From: Azolla caroliniana
Lineage: Eukaryota > Plantae > Polypodiophyta
Length of the DNA stretch: 50,718 bases
Reading direction: 5' to 3'
NCBI GenBank assembly: GCA_043228905.1
Contig: JBHGNT010000219.1
Span: 1 to 50,718 of the forward strand
Numbering within the stretch: the stretch's first letter is position 1; every line of letters starts with the position of its first letter. Of the stretch, positions 9,563-19,538 are shown in pieces. Under the pieces are notes generated by a model. It made no database searches, was not told the origin of the DNA, and saw only the letters and a list, made by a program, of their open reading frames with translations. A program made the position numbers and the translations under genes.

Positions 9563-9989
9563 TAAACTGGTCTACGTTAAATACGGAAAAGTAGCGGAGT
9601 TCGGGGACGTGGTTTACGATAAAGACAATATCGAACTTTCAATCGTAGATGAAAAAACATCGTCCCCGAATCTTGTTAAATGTATGGTTCTTGACTCAAA
9701 ATCCGACCCCAACGAAATCAATTACGTTGAAAGGGACATTCGGACATTAAAAGTTCTTGTCCGAATGGAACTAAGAGATATACTGTATGTTAGGTTTTTA
9801 CAGAAAGGGACTTTCCCGGACTTCAAACCGAAACAAGTCGAACAAATGGTTAAAGTGTTTTCTGCTACTACAAAGAAAAAAATAGTGGAAAAAATGAGGG
9901 TCAAGTGGACAAAGAAAAGCGGGTTTCAGCATTTCATTAAAAAGCAATGGATTCAAGTTTCCGGGCCATTACGAAGAGGTGACTTATGA
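9552..9989 (+). CDS. Hypothetical protein
   Basis: 145-aa ORF within the operon. Confidence 0.65.
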   Translation: MKNNKLVYVKYGKVAEFGDVVYDKDNIELSIVDEKTSSPNLVKCMVLDSKSDPNEINYVERDIRTLKVLVRMELRDILYVRFLQKGTFPDFKPKQVEQMVKVFSATTKKKIVEKMRVKWTKKSGFQHFIKKQWIQVSGPLRRGDL

Positions 9990-10816
9990 GTAAATTAAAC
10001 CTTGATGTTTTTGAAGAAGAAATTGATTTAGGGGTCTTCGATGAAGAAGAAATTGATTTGTCGGTATTTGAAGATAACGAACCGAGTGTCCCTATGATTC
10101 CGATAAGAAATCAGATAAGGGACTTATCTACAATTGATGTGACATTCGTTTCCGAAGACATAAAAGATAGAAAGTTAAAACTGTCCCTCGGTAATAATGT
10201 GTCCCCGCTTAAAATGCTTTGGGAAATCGCAGACGAATATGCTTTGTCGTTTCCCGAAGAGTGCGAGCAAGACGAAAGACTTCAACACGGCGTTCTTGAA
10301 GCTATGGTAGAGTATTGTAGAAACTGGCACAGTTCACCCGAAACGCAAGATAAGGATTTAGAAGTCCCTTACACTCTTAAAGAACTTTACTTTCCTATCA
10401 AGATATGCGATATGGATGAACATACTTGCAAAGAAAGGGACTATGTAGTAGAACGCATTATGTCCTACTGGAATAAATCGGTCGAGTATAACAATAAGAA
10501 CGGATTCACAATGAACTTTGAAACCGAACCTTATCGGAAGACTTTGGCCCAAATGGAACTTCTCGAATCAATCGAGAATTATGCAACTAACTGGAAACGC
10601 AAAAATCCAGTCCCTCAAGAAACCTTACTTGAAGAGTGTAGAAAGAAAACATTTCTCTATCTGCAAAGTCATCTTCCTATTGAAGACAGGGACAAAGTTA
10701 GAGGGCCTTTAGATATGATAGACCCGAACTATTTTGACTACATAAAGCTGTGTAAAAAATACCGAATAAAGGTCGGAACTCTTTTACATAGAGCAATTAT
10801 AGAAGGCAAAATCTAA
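9986..10816 (+). CDS. Hypothetical protein with N-terminal acidic (E)IDLxVF repeats
   Basis: GAGG SD, ATGA coupling, 276 aa. Confidence 0.75.
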   Translation: MSKLNLDVFEEEIDLGVFDEEEIDLSVFEDNEPSVPMIPIRNQIRDLSTIDVTFVSEDIKDRKLKLSLGNNVSPLKMLWEIADEYALSFPEECEQDERLQHGVLEAMVEYCRNWHSSPETQDKDLEVPYTLKELYFPIKICDMDEHTCKERDYVVERIMSYWNKSVEYNNKNGFTMNFETEPYRKTLAQMELLESIENYATNWKRKNPVPQETLLEECRKKTFLYLQSHLPIEDRDKVRGPLDMIDPNYFDYIKLCKKYRIKVGTLLHRAIIEGKI

Positions 10817-10858
10817 TCATTCTCAATCATTGACAATCATTGAAAATTTGATTATAGT
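10813..10858 (+). promoter_or_regulatory. Sigma-70 promoter overlapped by 10-bp-phased AATCATT repeats (probable operator)
   Basis: TTGACA (10830-10835)-N17-TATAGT (10853-10858); AATCATT at 10815, 10825 and 10835. Confidence 0.8.
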
Positions 10859-10886
10859 TTAGTAATCCAAAAGTGGAGAAATAACT

Positions 10887-11147
10887 ATGGCAAGAAAAAG
10901 AAACAGCGAAGTAAGTCCCTATCAGTTCGACTTGCCGAAGGACTTACATTCGCAGATTATGGCCAAGTGCAAAGCACACGGTTTTACTTTTGCAAGTCTG
11001 ATGCGTGTTCACGCAGAAGACTTCTTACAACGGCCCATTGGAGAATCTATGGAGATTATTTCAAAGGCTCAAACAAATACGGCCCGCAAACGTGCGGTTG
11101 CGAGTCGTAATATATCAGTCGCACAAAATAACAGAAAAAGAGGATAA
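10887..11147 (+). CDS. Ribbon-helix-helix (Arc/CopG-like) transcriptional regulator
   Basis: YQFDLPKDLHSQIMAKCKAHGFTFASLMRVHAEDFL fits the RHH strand-helix-helix pattern; first gene after the promoter. Confidence 0.7.
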   Translation: MARKRNSEVSPYQFDLPKDLHSQIMAKCKAHGFTFASLMRVHAEDFLQRPIGESMEIISKAQTNTARKRAVASRNISVAQNNRKRG

Positions 11148-11152
11148 TTATT

Positions 11153-12169
11153 ATGGGATTCAATTTTACAAATCCAAACAAAAGAACATACGTCAGCGTA
11201 AGGGACAGGTCACTCTGTCTAGTGTCAACAAAACCATTGAACGGATATACACCTTTCAATAACAAGTTCATCCGAAAGATGAAGTCCCTCGATGGTTATA
11301 TCATCGGGGTCGAATGGTATGATAAAGCCGGGACAGAAGGTAAGAAGTTTCAAGGATGGAATGTAACGATACAGGATGCCGACCTTACAATGGTAGTGGA
11401 CTTCTCGTTCAATTCACACGAAGGGACACGCTTTGCTAAAGTCGCCCGTAACATTGACTACACGAAACCAGTGGAAATTTCTGTATGGAAGAACAGAGAG
11501 AACGGGAAAACGGCAATCAGTTTTATTCAAGACGGTGCAAACGTCCCTGAATATTGGAACAAAGAAAATGAAGAATTGCCGAAACCCATTCAACGGGTTA
11601 CGGGCCTTGACTTTGCAGACCAACAAGACTTTTTGCAAAAAGATATGGTAACGAATATTGTTGCTTTCGTGAAAGAATCTTATCTTAAAATCAAACCGTT
11701 GTTAGATAAAGAAGCGGCCCAAGCGGCCCAAATGCGTGAACTCGAAAACGCCAACAATCCAGATTATCACCACGAAGAAGACGAAATGCAAAATGACTAT
11801 GAAGAACCTTCAAAAGAAGTCATTGAGCAAGATGAAGAGGCCCTCGACAGAAACTTCAACAATGCGGTAGAAGAAGAGGACGATGAAGACGAAGGGCCTA
11901 TTCAGCGTCTTGTTCGTAACCGTGAAGAAGAGATTCAAAAATCCAAACTTAATCTCGACAAGGAAGGTATGAATGAAAAGATGGCTGAAAAGCTACAACA
12001 TACAAAACAAGACCACGCGTCTGTTGGGACTTTACCGAAACTTTCATCGGCAAAAGTAAAACCGGGTGTTGCTAAAGTAAAACCAAAAGCGGCCCCGGCA
12101 GATGACGGATTAGATGAATATGAAGCAATGAAAGCAGAGAAGGAATTTGACCCTTTCAATCAATCATAA
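11153..12169 (+). CDS. Putative ssDNA-binding or recombination protein
   Basis: Beta-rich N-terminal domain, long acidic low-complexity tail ending EFDPFNQS; lies in the replication module. Confidence 0.45.
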   Translation: MGFNFTNPNKRTYVSVRDRSLCLVSTKPLNGYTPFNNKFIRKMKSLDGYIIGVEWYDKAGTEGKKFQGWNVTIQDADLTMVVDFSFNSHEGTRFAKVARNIDYTKPVEISVWKNRENGKTAISFIQDGANVPEYWNKENEELPKPIQRVTGLDFADQQDFLQKDMVTNIVAFVKESYLKIKPLLDKEAAQAAQMRELENANNPDYHHEEDEMQNDYEEPSKEVIEQDEEALDRNFNNAVEEEDDEDEGPIQRLVRNREEEIQKSKLNLDKEGMNEKMAEKLQHTKQDHASVGTLPKLSSAKVKPGVAKVKPKAAPADDGLDEYEAMKAEKEFDPFNQS

Positions 12170-12176
12170 TTACAGC

Positions 12177-12197
12177 AGGGGCCGAAAGGCCCCTTTT
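12177..12197 (+). terminator. Intrinsic terminator
   Basis: AGGGGCC-GAAA-GGCCCCT-TTT. Confidence 0.85.
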
Positions 12198-12214
12198 CAT
12201 TACGGAGAAATAGT

Positions 12215-13192
12215 ATGAAAGTAAATACTAAGAAGAAACTTGAACTACAAGTTTTCTTTGAAACCGCAACAACGATAAGCAATGTCAGATTTAGGGCCAT
12301 TCAAAAAGGGTCATTGGAAGATTTACAATTCGTTTGGAACGAAGTTCTGTCATCATTAAACCTTCCATCAGACAGTTACAACGTCAAGAAATTGATATTT
12401 GAATCATTCGTAAAAGAAATAACAAAACTGTTCGATTCCGAATTGGTCCCGGGCCTACATAATTCCAAACTTGAAAGCAACTTGAATAAGATAAAAGACT
12501 CTTTAACGGAAACTTTATCGAGAGAGAAAATAGATTGGTCTAGTGTTTGGGCCGAAGAACTGAAAGTTGTTCCTTCTGAAAACGTGAACATTGAGAATAT
12601 AATCAAAGAATTATCGGCTTTAGGATTTGAGAAGTGTTTCCCTAAAGAAGAAAAGAACAACATCTTTCAAACAGTAACTAGACGCACAAACTTACTTGCT
12701 AACATAAACGGTGAAAAATGGTGTGTATCTGACGGAAGGCCCGAGATTGATAGAATCCTATGGAAAGGCGACCCCACTGATGACTTCCCGAAAATCGTCA
12801 AGACATATTTTAAGAACCTAGTAGAAAGAGAACAGCTTACCTCGACACAAGAGCGAGAAATTAAAGAATTTCAAACTAAGTGTTGGGACAAATTCAATAA
12901 GGGCCTGTTACCTATGAACCCGGACTGTCTTTGTAAGGCAACATTCAGAGTAAATATTCAACAACAAATAGCAGAGTGGGGACATCTAAGATTAGACTGT
13001 AACGTAAGTTACCCTTGGGATATGTTTGAACCAATTAGGGGTCATATTATATACGACCCCTTCAAATATGAAAAAGGTGAAAAACTTTCTATCGGAGAGA
13101 AAGTTTACAAAGAAATGCTAAGAGCAAATGTCCCTTACTTAAAGCAAGAAAGAAAAGGAAAGAAAGAATGGCTAGGGAACATATCATTCTAA
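12215..13192 (+). CDS. Hypothetical protein
   Basis: GGAG SD, 325 aa; converges on the tail operon. Confidence 0.75.
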   Translation: MKVNTKKKLELQVFFETATTISNVRFRAIQKGSLEDLQFVWNEVLSSLNLPSDSYNVKKLIFESFVKEITKLFDSELVPGLHNSKLESNLNKIKDSLTETLSREKIDWSSVWAEELKVVPSENVNIENIIKELSALGFEKCFPKEEKNNIFQTVTRRTNLLANINGEKWCVSDGRPEIDRILWKGDPTDDFPKIVKTYFKNLVEREQLTSTQEREIKEFQTKCWDKFNKGLLPMNPDCLCKATFRVNIQQQIAEWGHLRLDCNVSYPWDMFEPIRGHIIYDPFKYEKGEKLSIGEKVYKEMLRANVPYLKQERKGKKEWLGNISF

Positions 13193-13516
13193 CCAACCCG
13201 CCGTTTCGCTTTTCTCTATGAACACCGAAACGGCGGCCCTTTCAATTCCTTCTATCGGACTTAATGCTTGCAGATATACTTCAAACTCTTGTTCTCCTGT
13301 TAAAGAACTCAAATCAATTCCTTCAACGGCAAGATTAGTAAATGGGCCTGTTGACCCTAAACGTGCAAAGACCGCAAGAAACAAATTCGTTTCGGATTTT
13401 AACTTTCCCGTTTCGGGAGTATCAATCAAAATGGTCAATGTTTCCGTGACTTCACCTTCAACCAGTCCAGTTACGGGCCAGTATGTAAACTCATTTCCTT
13501 CTGCATCTTTAATCAT
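13184..13516 (-). CDS. Small virion or tail-associated protein
   Basis: Last gene of the tail operon, beta-rich, ends AGWLE. Confidence 0.6.
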   Translation of the reverse strand: MIKDAEGNEFTYWPVTGLVEGEVTETLTILIDTPETGKLKSETNLFLAVFARLGSTGPFTNLAVEGIDLSSLTGEQEFEVYLQALSPIEGIERAAVSVFIEKSETAGWLE

Positions 13517-14574
13517 AATTTATTCCAAATATAAAAGTAATTAGTCCCTTGTTTAATTATGGCATTTATCCAAGGCTCTGTGTTATCCACGTTTGCGGTT
13601 ACATATCCAATACTTGCCAAGTCATCATAAATAACGAACGTCCCGCTTTCTGTGAACACGTCAGATACACTTGTTGCCGTTCTGTAATCCGGCAATGATA
13701 CCGCATTTGCGATACCGTCATCTATGTTGTCACCGATTTCATCAAGAACGATAGGCCCATCATACACACGAGGTTTAACCCTGTATATGTAGTTTATCCA
13801 AGAAGAATCCCCTAAAGTCGAACTGGTGCTTCTGCCGTAATGAAGAGAAAAGTAAGGTGTCAGTAATATCTTGTCCCCCGCCTTCGGAACATAAGACACC
13901 ACACCTTCGGAATAACTCGGTAACGCGGTAATCTTATTAGATGCAGATGCTTCTTGTCCCACAACGAAAGACTCAAAATGATGATTACTGGAATAATAAA
14001 TAGACCCGTTCAACTGCTTATCTGTAAATTCCGGGCCTTCATCTTTCCAGTTCTCTTCCTCTATTGAAAACGGGTTTCCGTCTGAATCCGTCCCTGTAAT
14101 AAACAAAATAGGTAAATCAACAATGATTGACCCTGTAAATAAAGGTGCGGTTCTTACATCGGCTTTTCTAATCTTTCGATTGTTAGTTTCAAAAGACGTG
14201 AAACCGCTATGTAATCCGTTAATAAGAAACTGTTTTTCATTAACTGGTAAGTCAGAAAGAATGTCGTCTGTCCCTGCATCATAGAGGTCAACCCAGTCGG
14301 GAACGAATCTTTCGGCCCGTGTAATCCATTGATTAAGTTCATTTTTGATTTGACCTAAATCGAATAACTCTACAACCCCGCCTTGACGTTTAGATGGGAC
14401 AATATAATCCTGTTCTTTTCTCTTAAAACTTAATCCGCTTTTAAGAAGTCTGTCGTAATTATCCGTAGAGGCCCGAGCGTTGTTACCACTTTTGGAAGTG
14501 TATATTTTTACAACAGAACCATCTGTTAATTTGGCTCTAAATGCTCTCTGATTTCTTTTAGTTTTATCTTGCAT
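13513..14574 (-). CDS. Putative tail protein
   Basis: 353 aa, position in the tail operon. Confidence 0.6.
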   Translation of the reverse strand: MQDKTKRNQRAFRAKLTDGSVVKIYTSKSGNNARASTDNYDRLLKSGLSFKRKEQDYIVPSKRQGGVVELFDLGQIKNELNQWITRAERFVPDWVDLYDAGTDDILSDLPVNEKQFLINGLHSGFTSFETNNRKIRKADVRTAPLFTGSIIVDLPILFITGTDSDGNPFSIEEENWKDEGPEFTDKQLNGSIYYSSNHHFESFVVGQEASASNKITALPSYSEGVVSYVPKAGDKILLTPYFSLHYGRSTSSTLGDSSWINYIYRVKPRVYDGPIVLDEIGDNIDDGIANAVSLPDYRTATSVSDVFTESGTFVIYDDLASIGYVTANVDNTEPWINAIIKQGTNYFYIWNKL

Positions 14575-14584
14575 AATATTAAAT

Positions 14585-14634
14585 GTCCCTGTATATTCAG
14601 TAGGATAAGCAGAAAAACCCGAACATACAGGGAC
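14585..14634 (-). promoter_or_regulatory. Intergenic hairpin directly upstream of the 14574 start codon
   Basis: Minus strand GTCCCTGTATGTTC...GAATATACAGGGAC, a 14-bp stem with one G.U pair. Confidence 0.5.
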
Positions 14635-14647
14635 GTGTTACCGTTGG

Positions 14648-17053
14648 CTAGGACGGTAATTCTTCACAAGAAAGAACCATAGAGATTCTATGTCCTTTCT
14701 TGCCTAATGTTTTCCCTGTAATAGAACGACCAGTTACAATGTTTGCAATGGTAGTTCCTGTTCTAGTTGTGGCCCTTACTACCGAACCTTTAAGGATTCT
14801 AAAATCCACATTCGGCAAATCAACTGTTCCAGTAAATAAAGGATTGTTAAAACGATGCAATGCCCTATACCCTAATGCAATTGCCCGGTCTTTCGGCAAC
14901 TCTCCCGTATTAACAGAAGCAGGTGTTCTCGGGCCTATCAATGCTTCGCTGACAGCATCTCTAAGAATCATAGTCCGACTCTTAGTTTCATAAGGGTCAA
15001 TTATAGGATTTCCCGTTTGCGGGGACGTAATAGAAGAACGAACCGTGTTAGTTAAAAAGTCCGTCACGGTTTCAGATACATCGTATTGTGTCCCTTGAGT
15101 ATGTCTGATACTTTGAGAGATAGTTTGTATAGTCATAAACGATACAGAACCCGTATCATCCATAATACCCGAAGATTGGGCCACTGGAACAGGAAACTTC
15201 TTGGTAACAGTTTCAGTTGTCCCTGTATTCGGATTTACCCTTTCAACCGTTTCCGTTGAGATATACACCAACCCGTCAATTCTAGTAAAGTTACTTGTCT
15301 GTATCTTTTGGCCCGGATTAACAGAATCTTCCTTCCAAGAAATCGTAACCGTTTCCCGTAAGACTTCTAACAACAAAGCCGAACGAGTAGGCCCAACTAG
15401 AACCATACCGTCAATCCGTTTCAGATGTCCCGTCTTTAATCCATCTGTATCATAAGTGTCTTCTTGTATTTCACGAGAAGACAACACAAGGCCCGCGCCG
15501 AAGTCGGTATAGGTTTCAACTCTTAATTCTGTGATATAAGCTAAGATTACTTCACTCGGATTAGCGATAAAGAATCTTTCGGTTATCTCTCTAGTAGTTC
15601 TGATTTCCGTATATCCTAAGTCCCCGAAATTCCCGCCTTGCTTGTCTGTGGTTTGTTCGTATCTCACACGAGTCCCTAAAGCATCAGCGTAACTTGCGGG
15701 AAGTTGGTAAGTAAGCATAACCGAATTAACATCGGGCCGAAATGGAGAACTTACACTTAAACGCGAATATTCTCCGTCAGTAACTACAATGGGTAAAAAT
15801 CCCGAAGGTAAAGGGACTTCTCTATCCAACACGAAAAGAACATTATCTTGAACAAAATAGATAGGGTCAAAAATATCAACAACTGGTTCTGCGCCGGACT
15901 TCCAACCGCCCTCTATGGTAAAATCGGCCCTTGATACATCATAGTTAGGAATGTTGGTAATGACTGTTGTAAATCCTAATCCTAATTGTTCGGTCGAAGC
16001 TGTCCCTACATAATCTAAAACACTCGACATTTCGAGAAGTTGCTCAAAGGTCAAAGGTGATATAAAACCAAAACCACCGACACCAGTGTAGGCCCTTTGC
16101 AAGACTTGTTTCATTGTCAGTCCTCGAACCGGCTCAAGAATAGGCAAGATAGGATTACCTTGAATATCAATGATTGCGTTTCTAGGGTTTTGGTCAATCG
16201 TATTATATTTGATTTTGTTAGGGTCAAACATAACGACTGGTCTTTTAGGTGTAAGTGTAAACTTATCCGCTATCACGTCAATTGCACCGAAAGTTACTTT
16301 ATCAGAAGGCCCTGAATTTCCGCCCGAGCGTGAATAACTTATTTCCCATTCACGAGAAGACAACTTGCCGTCTTGGATTAAAGCAACTGTAATGTCCCCT
16401 GCTTGTGTTTTAGCAACGATACTAAATTCTATTTCCGCTTTTATCGGAATAACGGTAATATCGGGTGTTGCTAATGTGACATTTAATACGGCCCCGAGTT
16501 TGTCGGGCGGTTCATTGTAATCAAATTCAGTAATCTCTACTGGTTCTCCATTTACAGTAAGCAAAGGTAAATATTCAACAGGCCCATACGCGCCGTTAAT
16601 AACGTCAAATAAATCTGCATTTATTAAATCTGCAATTACCGTGAAACCGTCCCCACTGGAAATTGACAATGCAAAGTTTGAACCAATCATATACTCAAGT
16701 TGACCTAAGTTCATTGATTGAACCGGGCCGATAACTACTTGATTCTCTTTTGCTATGTCAGCACTTTGAACCGACTTAAAATAATCTAGTCCCGTAATCT
16801 CCGAAGAGTGAACTGAAAGAGTTACGAGTTCCGTTTTTGACAGCGCAGGAGAACCAGTCATTTCAACGGTCTGATTGAATAAAGAAGAAGGGCCTTCTTG
16901 AAACAACTCTAAAGCATTTACGGAAAAAGAAGACTTCAACGATTGAAGTATTTCAGCAGTTTGCTGTCCCCGTTTTCCGTAAAAGTAGGGAAGAACAGCG
17001 AACTGTTCTGTCCCCGCATCGTATAAGATACTATGACTACTAATAAATGACAT
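14648..17053 (-). CDS. Large tail tip / baseplate hub-like protein
   Basis: 801 aa, Thr/Ser- and beta-rich, downstream of the tape measure gene; AGGAG SD. Confidence 0.65.
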   Translation of the reverse strand: MSFISSHSILYDAGTEQFAVLPYFYGKRGQQTAEILQSLKSSFSVNALELFQEGPSSLFNQTVEMTGSPALSKTELVTLSVHSSEITGLDYFKSVQSADIAKENQVVIGPVQSMNLGQLEYMIGSNFALSISSGDGFTVIADLINADLFDVINGAYGPVEYLPLLTVNGEPVEITEFDYNEPPDKLGAVLNVTLATPDITVIPIKAEIEFSIVAKTQAGDITVALIQDGKLSSREWEISYSRSGGNSGPSDKVTFGAIDVIADKFTLTPKRPVVMFDPNKIKYNTIDQNPRNAIIDIQGNPILPILEPVRGLTMKQVLQRAYTGVGGFGFISPLTFEQLLEMSSVLDYVGTASTEQLGLGFTTVITNIPNYDVSRADFTIEGGWKSGAEPVVDIFDPIYFVQDNVLFVLDREVPLPSGFLPIVVTDGEYSRLSVSSPFRPDVNSVMLTYQLPASYADALGTRVRYEQTTDKQGGNFGDLGYTEIRTTREITERFFIANPSEVILAYITELRVETYTDFGAGLVLSSREIQEDTYDTDGLKTGHLKRIDGMVLVGPTRSALLLEVLRETVTISWKEDSVNPGQKIQTSNFTRIDGLVYISTETVERVNPNTGTTETVTKKFPVPVAQSSGIMDDTGSVSFMTIQTISQSIRHTQGTQYDVSETVTDFLTNTVRSSITSPQTGNPIIDPYETKSRTMILRDAVSEALIGPRTPASVNTGELPKDRAIALGYRALHRFNNPLFTGTVDLPNVDFRILKGSVVRATTRTGTTIANIVTGRSITGKTLGKKGHRISMVLSCEELPS

Positions 17054-17065
17054 CTGCTTTTACTC

Positions 17066-18070
17066 CTAAATAGTAATCTGTTTACCAGTGAATCCCGTCC
17101 CGTCAACTTTTCTAAACCAATCAACTTTCAATGCCGAATTTGAAGCGTTTGATGGGGCCTTAATTCCCACTTCCACAGTCCCCGAAGCATTGCTTACATC
17201 GTTGTAAAATAGACCGAAATTTATTCCGTCCAATGAATAACGATAGGTCACGTTTCCGCTAGTAAAATTGAAATCAAGTTCCAACCACACTGGTTGGCCC
17301 GAACTTATTCTCAAACTTGTGTGTGTTGATTGATTAGAGTTAAACGTAGTTACATTAGTCCAAAAAGTAGCCGACAGTGTGAAGTATTCGCTAGTCTTAG
17401 TGAACTCAATACCGAACACCGTTGTAGCTTTTTTGAAATAAAGTCCCCCGCCTTGTCCGTCATTTCCGCTTGCAGTAGCATACGGTATAATCTTGGCCCT
17501 AAAAATAGCACTTCCCGAAGCAGATGAATATGCTTGGTAAACTCCGTTGATTCCCGAAGTCCCTACAAATCTAGTATAACTGTAAGGTAATTCGTGAGTC
17601 AATACAGGCGAACCGCGAAGAGTCCATTTGCCGTTCAAAGATGAAGTATTAAATTCATCATCAAACGCACTAGGGGACGTGTATGGAACATCGGGGTCAA
17701 AATATGAATAACCGTTCCCGCTTGCAGAAACACCGTCATCAATTTCAACTTGCAGTCCTATTGGGCCTACAACCGTTCCGCTTGCGATAGCTTCGAGTTC
17801 TAAAACCAAAGCATCGAACTTAGCCACTACTACTGAAAGGCCCGTAAGTTCGATAACTTTAGTTCCACTTGCAATGGTTAATTCGGTAGTGAACAAATCA
17901 GTTCCGTTCTTCTGTAAATTAAACCTTCCGTTTCCACTTAGGTTAGATTCACAGAAAACACGCACGTTCTTAATTGTCCCTGCAATCGGAGATTTCAATA
18001 AGATAACTCCGGGGACAGCACCCGAAAGTGCTGTCCCTTCATAGGTCTTTTGGTAAATGTGAATTGCCAT
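17066..18070 (-). CDS. Putative receptor-binding protein with C-terminal concanavalin/beta-sandwich domain
   Basis: FDDEFNTSSLNGKW..YRYSLDG.NF..VDWFR lectin-like pattern. Confidence 0.65.
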   Translation of the reverse strand: MAIHIYQKTYEGTALSGAVPGVILLKSPIAGTIKNVRVFCESNLSGNGRFNLQKNGTDLFTTELTIASGTKVIELTGLSVVVAKFDALVLELEAIASGTVVGPIGLQVEIDDGVSASGNGYSYFDPDVPYTSPSAFDDEFNTSSLNGKWTLRGSPVLTHELPYSYTRFVGTSGINGVYQAYSSASGSAIFRAKIIPYATASGNDGQGGGLYFKKATTVFGIEFTKTSEYFTLSATFWTNVTTFNSNQSTHTSLRISSGQPVWLELDFNFTSGNVTYRYSLDGINFGLFYNDVSNASGTVEVGIKAPSNASNSALKVDWFRKVDGTGFTGKQITI

Positions 18071-18079
18071 AATTACTCC

Positions 18080-19129
18080 TTATTCAAACCAACCCGCACT
18101 TGAAGCGATAGCGGCTTCAATAGCGATATTCATAGGGTATGGATTAGATTCATTAGTCCCGCCGTAAGGGACAAGAACTCTACTCCAATAATAAGCAACT
18201 CCGCTTGAAGTTATTACACCAGTTGCTTCACCAGTTTCGGTTAAAGGGACATCTGCTGTGCTGTATGTCCCTTCAACTCCCGAAACATCCGGCGCGATTT
18301 GTAAGAACCTTGAAGGGAATATCAAGATGTTGCAGAAATCGTTAGTTACACAATCAGCAGACAAAGCAAATTCAAAACCTTCTAAGTCCCCGTCAACTAT
18401 TCTATAATAGTAAGCAGGGTTAATTGCTTTGATATTAGTTCCGTTCTGTAATGTCCCTGTTTGTAAATCAAGGACTGAATCAGTCCCTAAAGTCACACCG
18501 TCAATTTGAAGGGAAGCAGTTTTTCCCGAACCACTTCCCGAAACGGAAACAACCTTCAAAGCGTATGGCATTACTTTTTGAGTTGACCCGTCAACTTTCT
18601 CAATAGCATATCTCGCAAATGGAGAACTGTATTGAAATACCACACCTGTTTTCTTAACGTGAATTGATTGAGTCAGAAGTTTAGCGGCGGCCCCTGTAAC
18701 CTCTGACCCTGTGTTTTCCACTTGATGCCGAATACCGTCTTCGGGTGTCCCCGCATCAAGTCCGTAAGAATCGAACGCACCGAGAAAAGAACCGAGTTTA
18801 ATCAAACTGGTATTCGTGTTGGCCCCTGTATTAGTAAATACGATAGTGACCCCGGGAATTACATCTTTGTATTCCGTAACGCCGTTAAGGTTGACACCTG
18901 TTTTAACTCGGCCCAAATAAGGATTATGTGGACTTAAAGTTTCGGTTACGGTAACAGTCCCAACCCCGCCTGTTATTCCGCTTACTTCAATCAAATATTC
19001 ATCGGCTATTCTTTCAAACAAGCCTTCACTTGCTTCAACCGATAAAACCAATGTCCCCGTTTCATTAGTAAAACGAGCAGACACATCCGTAAACACACTT
19101 GCAATTTCAATTTTATCTATTAGTGCCAT
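18080..19129 (-). CDS. Minor tail protein
   Basis: 349 aa, Gly/Thr-rich, position in the tail operon. Confidence 0.65.
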   Translation of the reverse strand: MALIDKIEIASVFTDVSARFTNETGTLVLSVEASEGLFERIADEYLIEVSGITGGVGTVTVTETLSPHNPYLGRVKTGVNLNGVTEYKDVIPGVTIVFTNTGANTNTSLIKLGSFLGAFDSYGLDAGTPEDGIRHQVENTGSEVTGAAAKLLTQSIHVKKTGVVFQYSSPFARYAIEKVDGSTQKVMPYALKVVSVSGSGSGKTASLQIDGVTLGTDSVLDLQTGTLQNGTNIKAINPAYYYRIVDGDLEGFEFALSADCVTNDFCNILIFPSRFLQIAPDVSGVEGTYSTADVPLTETGEATGVITSSGVAYYWSRVLVPYGGTNESNPYPMNIAIEAAIASSAGWFE

Positions 19130-19130
19130 A

Positions 19131-19538
19131 TTATATTACCTCGGTTTGGGCCACAAATCGAATAGTTACATTTTCCAAGTAACCTTCTGCGGCCCTAGAA
19201 TGGTCGAACCACTTTTGCGAATAGTCCACAAAAGCATTGACGTTTATATTGTAAAGTTCATCGGTAAGATGAACAACAAAAGTTTCTCTATCGGTCTGAC
19301 TATCTTTAATAGCTTCAAACATATCTTGAATCTTTACTATTTCAGATGAAATCATTCTTAAACCGAATTGAATACCTTTGACCCCGACTTCGATAGTTTG
19401 CGGTCTAGGATTTCCATTTGCGGCCCAAACAACCGAACCTTGAAACGGGGTTAGAAATTCTTGGGCATCGAGAATTTCTCCTCGACACCCTGTAAATGAA
19501 ACCCCTGCGATTTCTATGACTGTGGCCCATCTTGCCAT
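19131..19538 (-). CDS. Distal-tail-like protein
   Basis: 135 aa, immediately after the tape measure gene. Confidence 0.55.
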   Translation of the reverse strand: MARWATVIEIAGVSFTGCRGEILDAQEFLTPFQGSVVWAANGNPRPQTIEVGVKGIQFGLRMISSEIVKIQDMFEAIKDSQTDRETFVVHLTDELYNINVNAFVDYSQKWFDHSRAAEGYLENVTIRFVAQTEVI

